From the NCBI GenBank assembly GCA_044070495.1, contig JBIPSI010000057.1, positions 1 through 14,584 on the forward strand: 14,584 nt of DNA. Direction: 5' to 3'. This DNA comes from Spirulina sp. GTDB lineage: Bacteria > Cyanobacteriota > Cyanobacteriia > Phormidesmidales > Phormidesmidaceae. This document shows positions 8,281-14,584 of the stretch, piece by piece. The first letter of the stretch is position 1. Every line of letters begins with the position of its first letter. The position numbers and the translations under genes are program-made. Below the pieces are notes generated by a model, which saw only the letters and a list, made by a program, of their open reading frames with translations, had not been told where the DNA came from and did not search any database.

Positions 8281-8480
8281 CGCTGGTTACGCTCCATTGT
8301 CGCTGCACCCTAGGGCTTTTGGTTGGCCCCTTGTAGCCTAGCCCCCTAGACTGAGGATTCGCTGAGTTAAGATGCATCGTTCTCCGGGCTGAATCGGGAT
8401 AGAACAGGGCGGAGAATCCTGACGCTCCCCCGCTGCTTAACGTACTCCATGAAAAAATGATCCATTTGCCGTAGTCATCC

Positions 8481-8570
8481 GCCCTCACCCCTGCCCCTCT
8501 CCCTCAGGGAGAGGGGTTCTGAATCCGGCTCCCCTTCTCCCACGGGGAGAAGGGGCTGGGGGATGAGGGC
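8481..8570. repeat. REP/MITE-like branched palindromic element
   Basis: Outer arms gccctcacccc / ggggatgagggc; inner hairpins cccctctccct-c-agggagagggg and ccccttctccc-acg-gggagaagggg. Confidence 0.8.
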
Positions 8571-8657
8571 TACGGCTGGGCGCAGGTGCTTAACGAAAGT
8601 TTGCAACAACCGCCTGTAACGGATCAAAGGGGAACGGAAACCGATAAAGTAAGCCCT

Positions 8658-9413
8658 ATGTATGATGACGATCTCACTACGTTAAACCCAGATTCGGAGT
8701 TTGCCGACCCCCTGGATGCCCTGGGGCCAGTGGAGGATTCCGAGGCACCGCAGTATGACCCAGAGGTGATGCTGCCGCTGTTGACGGCCCCCGACCCTCA
8801 GCAGCGGATGTTGGCCGCCCGTGCCTTCTGCGAACTGGAGGAACCCAGGGCCGTAGCCGATTTGATGGCCCTTTTGGCCGACCGCTGCCCCCTGGTGCGG
8901 GTGAGTGCCGCCTATGCCCTGGGCCGAAACCCCGCCGCCGAGGCTGTGGAGCCGTTGATTACCCAGCTCAGCCAAGACTGGAATGGCTATGTGCGCAAGG
9001 GCCTGGTGTGGGCCTTGGGGAATGTCCACGATTCCCGTGCACTGGGGCCGTTGATCACCGCCCTGAAGACGGATATTTCGGCGGTGCGTCTGTGGGCCGC
9101 TAGTGCCCTAGCCCAAATGTCTCAGGTCAGCTACGAAGCGGTGATTGCCACCATTCCGCCCCTGATCGAGGCCATGCGCCGGGATGCGGTGCCCGCTGTG
9201 CGAAGTAACTGCGCCTGGGCCATCGGCCAGCTTTGTCGGGAATTGCCCTCCAACGTGGTCTACCACACGGCGGTGGATGCCCTGATCGAAACCTTTGCCG
9301 AAGACCAAGACCTGGGTGTGCGCGAAGATGCCCGCACCGCCATCCTTAAAATTGGCGATACCCGTGGCCTGCAAGTGATCGAAGAAATCGAGCGGGACGG
9401 CTTTTTCCTGTAA
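8658..9413 (+). CDS. PBS-lyase HEAT-like repeat protein
   Basis: VRVSAAYALG, VRKGLVWALG, VRLWAASALA, VRSNCAWAIG repeats and an acidic N-terminus. ATG 8658 is preferred. Confidence 0.9.
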   Translation: MYDDDLTTLNPDSEFADPLDALGPVEDSEAPQYDPEVMLPLLTAPDPQQRMLAARAFCELEEPRAVADLMALLADRCPLVRVSAAYALGRNPAAEAVEPLITQLSQDWNGYVRKGLVWALGNVHDSRALGPLITALKTDISAVRLWAASALAQMSQVSYEAVIATIPPLIEAMRRDAVPAVRSNCAWAIGQLCRELPSNVVYHTAVDALIETFAEDQDLGVREDARTAILKIGDTRGLQVIEEIERDGFFL

Positions 9414-9606
9414 GCGTGCAGCCTGGTAATACGTTGAAGTCTCCATCCCCATCGCCCATCCGCCGCCTGGGCTAGGGCCATGGGAACCGTGGGGCTATCC
9501 GTAGCCCAGGCTACTCATTTGTCTGCATACAGCCTCTATATCTAGAACCGGATTTAGATTAGGTTAAGGTTTTTAGTTCACCTTTGGTAACGGAGTCCCT
9601 TTAAAA

Positions 9607-10698
9607 ATGATTTCACTACGCCCCCTATTGGGTTCTCTTTTGTTGGCGGCTTCCCTCACGGTGACGGCCTGTGCGGGTACCACCGAGGTCGCCACCCCCG
9701 ACACCGCAGAAACCACCACCGAAGCCGCTGCCCCCAGCACCGCCGACCTCACCCCGGTTAAGTTCACCCTGTCCTGGCTGTTTCAGGGGGTGGATGCGCC
9801 CCTCGCCATTGCCCTAGAACAGGGTTACTTTGCTGAGGAAGGTCTGGATGTCACCTTCGAGCGGGGCTTTGGCTCCGCCGATTCCATCACCAAAATTGCC
9901 GCTGGGCAGTACGACATCGGTGAAGGGGACATGTACTCGATGATGGAATTCAACGAGAAAAACCCCGATCAGCAACTGGTGGCGGTGGCCATCAAGTTCA
10001 ACCGCTCCCCCTTTGTCATCGTCACCAAGGGCGATTCTGAATTTAGTGAGCCCGCCAAACTCGGTGGAGCCAACCTGGCGGCTCCGGCAGGGGATGGCCC
10101 ACGTCGGCTGTGGCCCGTGCTGGCCAAGGAAGTGGGCGCAGACCCCGACAGCGTGGAATGGACCAACGTGGAACCCCAACTGCGGGAGAGTATGCTGGCC
10201 CAAAACAACGCAGATGGCATCTCCTGCTTCTCCATCTCCTGCCTGCCCGTGCTCAGCCAAAAGCTAGGGTTGCCCCAGGAAGACCTCAATGTCTTCTACT
10301 ACAACGACCATGGCCTTGATCTCTACGGCAACGCCCTGATCGTCCGCAAGGACTTCCTAGAGGCCAACCCGGAAGTGGTGCGAGGCTTTGTGGCCGCCTA
10401 CATTAAAGGAATGAAGGACACCCTAGCCGACCCCGAAGCCGCCCTCGCCGTGGTCACCGAATACGCCGATGACGAACTCTTTGACACCGCCATTGAAACC
10501 GAGCGGATGCAAATTGCCATGGATCGGCTATACACTGGGCCAGAAACCGCCACCATTGGTCTGGGCGGCGTGGATCCAGAGCGTCTAGAAGCCACCATTG
10601 CCCAAGTGGCCGAAGGCTTTGGCCTCACCACCGTGCCCAGCGTGGAGGACGTGTTTGATCCCAACTTCCTGCCTCCCCAGGAAGATCGGATGCTGTAG
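9607..10698 (+). CDS. ABC transporter substrate-binding lipoprotein, NMT1/THI5-like
   Basis: Signal peptide with lipobox (VTA-C), LSWLFQG...A.EQGYFAEEGLDV, LDLYGNALIV, NPEVVRGFV. Confidence 0.88.
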   Translation: MISLRPLLGSLLLAASLTVTACAGTTEVATPDTAETTTEAAAPSTADLTPVKFTLSWLFQGVDAPLAIALEQGYFAEEGLDVTFERGFGSADSITKIAAGQYDIGEGDMYSMMEFNEKNPDQQLVAVAIKFNRSPFVIVTKGDSEFSEPAKLGGANLAAPAGDGPRRLWPVLAKEVGADPDSVEWTNVEPQLRESMLAQNNADGISCFSISCLPVLSQKLGLPQEDLNVFYYNDHGLDLYGNALIVRKDFLEANPEVVRGFVAAYIKGMKDTLADPEAALAVVTEYADDELFDTAIETERMQIAMDRLYTGPETATIGLGGVDPERLEATIAQVAEGFGLTTVPSVEDVFDPNFLPPQEDRML

Positions 10699-10753
10699 GC
10701 GAATACGCCACTTGGTTTGAGCGCACGTCCCTACCATCGGTGTCCAACGATAG

Positions 10754-10852
10754 CGGTAGGATGCTGTTAGGTGTAGTCGTAACGCATCATTCTGAAAGGC
10801 TTTAATGCCAAAAAGTTTCGATGCGCGGCGCTAACCCTAACGCCTCCTACCG
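10754..10852. repeat. Degenerate inverted GTAG-type REP doublet (REPIN-like)
   Basis: cggtaggatgctgttagg...taacgcatc (10754-10788) pairs with gatgcg...cctaacgcctcctaccg (10820-10852). Confidence 0.65.
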
Positions 10853-10874
10853 TTTGCCCCCTTTTTGACCCTTT

Positions 10875-11258
10875 ATGGATACCCAAGCTCTAGATGCCAT
10901 TCATCTCACAGGCATTCGCGCCTACGGCTACACCGGAGCTTTGCCCGAAGAAAACGTCCTAGGCCAGTGGTTTGAGGCGGATATCACCCTTTACCTTGAT
11001 CTATCCAAACCCTGCCAAACCGATCATTTGCCCGACACCCACAACTATTGCACCGTCGTCGAGCAAACCCAGCGCATCATTCGCGAACAACGCTTTGCCC
11101 TGATTGAGCGCCTAGCCGGAGAAATTGCCCAAACCGCCCTAGCAACGGATGATCGACTGCATCGGGTGCGGGTGAAGGTAACTAAGCCCACGCCCCCGAT
11201 TCCCGACTTTAGCGGTCAGGTGGCGGTGGAAATTACCCGCGATAGAATGCCAGCATAA
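10875..11258 (+). CDS. folB: Dihydroneopterin aldolase
   Basis: GIRAYGYTGALPEENVLGQWFEADI, FALIERLA, VKVTKP. Confidence 0.95.
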   Translation: MDTQALDAIHLTGIRAYGYTGALPEENVLGQWFEADITLYLDLSKPCQTDHLPDTHNYCTVVEQTQRIIREQRFALIERLAGEIAQTALATDDRLHRVRVKVTKPTPPIPDFSGQVAVEITRDRMPA

Positions 11259-11291
11259 CCACAGATACTTTTGCTCCTTAAGCCCCGACCC

Positions 11292-12188
11292 ATGGCCGCT
11301 CCCCATCCCCTGCGCGACGAAATTGCCCGAATGCCCGCCTGGTTGCGCCGCCCCATTGGCAACGCCAGCCAAATTTCCACGGTGCAGCGGATCATCAAAG
11401 AACGCCAAATCCACACCATCTGCGAAGAGGGCCGCTGCCCCAACCGGGGAGAATGCTACGCCAACCGTACCGCCACCTTTTTGCTGATGGGTGCCGTCTG
11501 CACCAGGGCCTGCGCCTTTTGCCAAGTCGATAAGGGCCACGCGCCGATGACCCTCGACCCCCACGAGCCGGAAAAAGTCGCAGAATCCGCGCGGCTGCTG
11601 GGCTTGCGCTACGTGGTGCTCACCTCTGTGGCGCGGGACGACCTGCCCGACCACGGCGCGAGTTGGTTTGTGCAGGTGATGGATACCATTCGCCAAGTGA
11701 ACCCCGACACCGACATTGAAGTGCTCACCCCCGACTTTTGGGGCGGCCTCGGTGGTGAGACGGCCCAGGCCGAACGGGTACGCACCGTCGTGGCGGCCCA
11801 ACCCGCCTGCTACAACCACAACCTAGAAACCGTCAAACGCCTGCAAGGCCCGGTGCGGCGAGGGGCCAAGTACGACCGTTCCCTGCGGGTGCTGGCCCTG
11901 GTCAAAGAAGCGAATCCTGAGATCCCCACCAAGTCCGGCTTGATGGTGGGCCACGGCGAAACCGAAGCCGAACTGATCGAAGCCATGGCCGACCTGCGGC
12001 AAGTGGGCTGCGACCGCCTCACCCTAGGGCAGTATATGCGCCCCTCCCTCGACCACCGCCCCGTAGACCGCTACTGGACACCGGAAGAATTTGATCACCT
12101 CGGTAACATTGCCCGCGAAATGGGCTTTTCTCACGTTCGTTCTGGCCCCCTGGTGCGCAGTTCCTACCACGCCGGAGAATCACCCTGA
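11292..12188 (+). CDS. lipA: Lipoyl synthase (radical SAM)
   Basis: [41 protein letters not shown] 11292. Confidence 0.97.
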   Translation: MAAPHPLRDEIARMPAWLRRPIGNASQISTVQRIIKERQIHTICEEGRCPNRGECYANRTATFLLMGAVCTRACAFCQVDKGHAPMTLDPHEPEKVAESARLLGLRYVVLTSVARDDLPDHGASWFVQVMDTIRQVNPDTDIEVLTPDFWGGLGGETAQAERVRTVVAAQPACYNHNLETVKRLQGPVRRGAKYDRSLRVLALVKEANPEIPTKSGLMVGHGETEAELIEAMADLRQVGCDRLTLGQYMRPSLDHRPVDRYWTPEEFDHLGNIAREMGFSHVRSGPLVRSSYHAGESP

Positions 12189-12215
12189 TCCTTTAGAATC
12201 AAGGATAGAAATACC

Positions 12216-12360
12216 ACAGCGGGTTTCACTTGAATGGGGTAAACCGTGAAGATCCCCCCCATCCCCCCTTATTAAGGGGGGATGGTAAATCTACTACCGA
12301 TAGAATCTAGGGGGATCCGAAGCCCTAAAACTTGTACCTCACTAAACCGAGAACCGCTAT
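12216..12360. mobile_element. MITE-like nested inverted-repeat element
   Basis: Imperfect ~28-bp terminal IRs (acagcgggtttcacttgaatggggtaaa vs revcomp atagcggttctcggtttagtgaggtaca), gatcccc/ggggatc arms, and a perfect hairpin at 12259-12285. Confidence 0.6.
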
Positions 12361-12395
12361 GAATAAAAACACTGACGTGAGGCCATGGAAACTCA

Positions 12396-12638
12396 ATGAT
12401 CACAGCGCTTAATAAACCATCTTCTTTGATTCATGAAATTCAGCTTGAAAACGTTGGAAATTGGAGCTTATTCAAATTTAGTGACTCCCTGCAACAGCGG
12501 ATGGAGATCCTTTTAGACAAGAAAAAAGCCGATCAACTCGCCTCCAGTGAAGTGGCTGAACTAGATGCCATCGGGGAGTTAGATCGCATTTTTACCCACA
12601 TCAACGCAATGCTTGCGGCTAACCATGCCCATCAGTGA
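12396..12638 (+). CDS. Small hypothetical protein, putative antitoxin/partner of the HNH nuclease
   Basis: 80 aa, helical-looking (LQQRMEILLDKKK...ELDAIGELDRIFTHIN). Its 3' end overlaps the HNH start. Confidence 0.75.
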   Translation: MITALNKPSSLIHEIQLENVGNWSLFKFSDSLQQRMEILLDKKKADQLASSEVAELDAIGELDRIFTHINAMLAANHAHQ

Positions 12639-13077
12639 TGAGACCAGAAGAGTAATTCGAGAACGTGCCAAGTATATCTGTGAGTATTGCCATTCTTCAG
12701 AACGATTAAGCGCTACTCGATTTACGATTGATCATATTATTCCTAAGTCTTTGGGCGGTTCTGATGAGTTTGGCAATCTCGCCCTTGCCTGTCGCCGTTG
12801 TAATGAGAGGCGGTACAATTTTGTAGCAGGGTTTGATCCAGAGACCCAGGAGATAGTTCCGCTTTTTAATCCCCGTCAGCAGATTTGGGCGGATCATTTT
12901 ATCTGGCAAGATCAGGGTATTGTCATCACAGGAACGACGCCTATTGGTCGTGCTACCTGTCTTCGTCTTGATCTAAATGATGCTCGTTATCCAGAGGAAG
13001 ATTCTATCCGGGCAACCAGACGATTTTGGATAAAAACTGGGTTGCATCCACCCGATGGCGATCCATGTCACGTTTGA
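12625..13077 (+). CDS. HNH endonuclease (zinc-binding)
   Basis: CEYC...IDHIIP...GG...NLALACRRCN, then LFNPRQQ.W.DHF and TPIGRAT. ATG 12625. Confidence 0.93.
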   Translation: MPISDETRRVIRERAKYICEYCHSSERLSATRFTIDHIIPKSLGGSDEFGNLALACRRCNERRYNFVAGFDPETQEIVPLFNPRQQIWADHFIWQDQGIVITGTTPIGRATCLRLDLNDARYPEEDSIRATRRFWIKTGLHPPDGDPCHV

Positions 13078-13099
13078 AGAAGTAACCCTCTGATTATCC

Positions 13100-13846
13100 A
13101 TGTCACAACCCTGGCGGCTGATTCCTCCCATGGTGGCCCCCGGTGCCCTGCATATGGCCATTGATGCGTGGCTGCTAGATCAGCACCTCCACCATGGCCA
13201 TCCCCCTGCCCTACGGTTTTACACCTGGGATCCACCTGCTATTTCCCTAGGTTTTAGCCAGCGGCGCAACCTGCCTGACCACTGGCACAACCTCACCTGG
13301 CGGGGACAACCGGTGAACCTGGTACAGCGGCCCACCGGGGGCCGGGGCGTGTTGCATCAGGGCGACCTCACCTACGCCCTGGTCACCTCCGACATTCCTG
13401 GCAACCGAGAGCAGGTCTATCGCCACCTGTGCCAATTTTTGATCGAGGGCTGGGAGCAGTTAGGGGTTGATCTCCACTTTGGCCATGGAACCCGTCCCGA
13501 TCTGGCCTCTGCCAATTGCTTTAGCCTTTCCACCGCCGCTGATCTTGTGACGTCCACCGGAATAAAGTGGATCGGCAGCGCCCAACTGCGCCGAGGAGAG
13601 GGCATCCTCCAGCATGGATCTATGCGGCTGAATCCAGACCCAGACCTCTATCAACGGGTCTTCCAAACCCCAGGCCCAGTCACAGATTCGCTGCCCCCGT
13701 TGCCCGCCACCAATGCCATTATCAACACCCTAACCCAGGCCGCTGCCGCCTGTTTTGGCTGCACCTTCACGCCGCAACCGCTGAGCGATGCAGAACTCGC
13801 CGCCATTGATCAATCAACCGCTGCTTTAACGGCTCCCAATGCCTAG
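13100..13846 (+). CDS. Lipoate-protein ligase/octanoyltransferase family (BPL/LplA/LipM)
   Basis: MAIDAWLL, LRFYTWDPPAISLG, RPTGGRGVLH, KWIGSAQ, LQHGS. Confidence 0.92.
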   Translation: MSQPWRLIPPMVAPGALHMAIDAWLLDQHLHHGHPPALRFYTWDPPAISLGFSQRRNLPDHWHNLTWRGQPVNLVQRPTGGRGVLHQGDLTYALVTSDIPGNREQVYRHLCQFLIEGWEQLGVDLHFGHGTRPDLASANCFSLSTAADLVTSTGIKWIGSAQLRRGEGILQHGSMRLNPDPDLYQRVFQTPGPVTDSLPPLPATNAIINTLTQAAAACFGCTFTPQPLSDAELAAIDQSTAALTAPNA

Positions 13847-14175
13847 GAGATGCCCTGCGAATGGTAGTTGTGGGTAATGACGGGCATCTGGTGGTGAAGA
13901 GCTGTGGCGGCAACGATAGCGTCTCCGAGGGAAAGTTTGCGTTGTTGGCGCAGGTGGATGGCGATCTGGGTTATTTCGTCCGTGAGGGGCAGAATGGGTA
14001 TCACTGCGAAGAACGCTTCCAGTCCTTCCTTTTCGGAGTCTGTGAGGCGATGGTAGCCAAGCACTTCAATGTAGCTGATGGTGGACGTGCAGCAGGGATT
14101 GGTTTTTATGACCTGCCGCAGCCGTTTGTGCTCTGGTTGGACGCCATAGATGATGATGTTGCTGTCGAGGAGCAT
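13843..14175 (-). pseudogene. vapC: PIN-domain (VapC) toxin, C-terminally truncated
   Basis: MLLDSNIIIY...SYIEVLG...LSLGDAIVAATA...ITHN, then YHSQGIS*. It lacks the usual ending with the fourth acidic residue (TxNxxDF). Confidence 0.72.
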
Positions 14176-14184
14176 CAGCTTTCT

Positions 14185-14584
14185 GGCGTTGCTGAATTTA
14201 AGTATGAATTGACCTTGGAATGGGCACCTCACCGAACTTGAGGTAGTGAAGTAGTAAACGAACAGAGTGTTTCAGCATATCTATGGACTTGGAATAGCAC
14301 AGGGTCTTACGATGGGTAGTAACTCACCGACCTGTTTGACCCAGGTGATGATAGTAGTGTGATGCACCCCGGTTGTGCGCTCGATGGCCCGGAAACCAGC
14401 CCCATTGACGTACTGACGAAGGCAATCGCGTTTGACGTCGTTGGGATAGCCCCGATGGGGTTCGTATCGGTCGATGAACTGACGGCCACAGGCCACGCAA
14501 ATGTGATTTTGCTTACCCTGCTTTTTCCCATTCTTACGGATATGGGTGCCACCGCATTCAGGACACTGCATCCCTATACCTCCT
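14185..14584 (-). mobile_element. IS1-family element with internal deletion (other end beyond window)
   Basis: InsA-like zinc finger/HTH from ATG 14571 (CPECG...CVACGRQF...TIITWVK) joined out of frame to an InsB-like tail HRKTLCYSKSIDMLKHSVRLLLHYLKF (14314-14198). Putative terminal IR ggcgttgctgaatttaagtatg starts at 14185. Confidence 0.88.

Noticed and set aside
8249..8657. N-terminal extensions of the cyclase (to 8488) and HEAT protein (from 8586)
   Set aside because: Non-ATG starts in or next to the palindromic repeat, with no domain-like sequence.
12216..13077. IscB/HEARO (OMEGA) system
   Set aside because: The HNH protein is only 150 aa, with no PLMP or RuvC motifs.
14176..14232. vapC start at 14232 from the ORF track
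   Set aside because: It lies inside the IS1 end; the PIN domain begins at MLLDSN (14175).

Overview
GC-rich DNA, most likely from a cyanobacterium (CpcT lyase, PBS-lyase HEAT protein, DUF4347/DUF4114 proteins, heptamer tandem repeat). The left half (minus strand) runs: membrane adenylate cyclase, (TTGGTTA)16 spacer, cpcT/cpeT-family lyase, ELWxxDGT/Ig/DUF4114 protein, a decayed second cpcT copy, then a large DUF4347 + LVIVD-repeat + Ig-like protein. That last gene runs off the left edge and is missing from the ORF track. The right half (plus strand) holds a HEAT-repeat protein, an NMT1/THI5-like binding lipoprotein, folB, lipA, an AT-richer insert (structured inverted-repeat element + 80-aa ORF + HNH nuclease) and a lipoate ligase. 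It ends with a truncated vapC cut off from its upstream region by an internally deleted IS1. Most notable: four hypervariable codons per near-identical LVIVD repeat (NNC-biased), propellers nested inside Ig domains, the cpcT relic, and the structured-element/HNH cassette. All calls are by eye; no searches were run.
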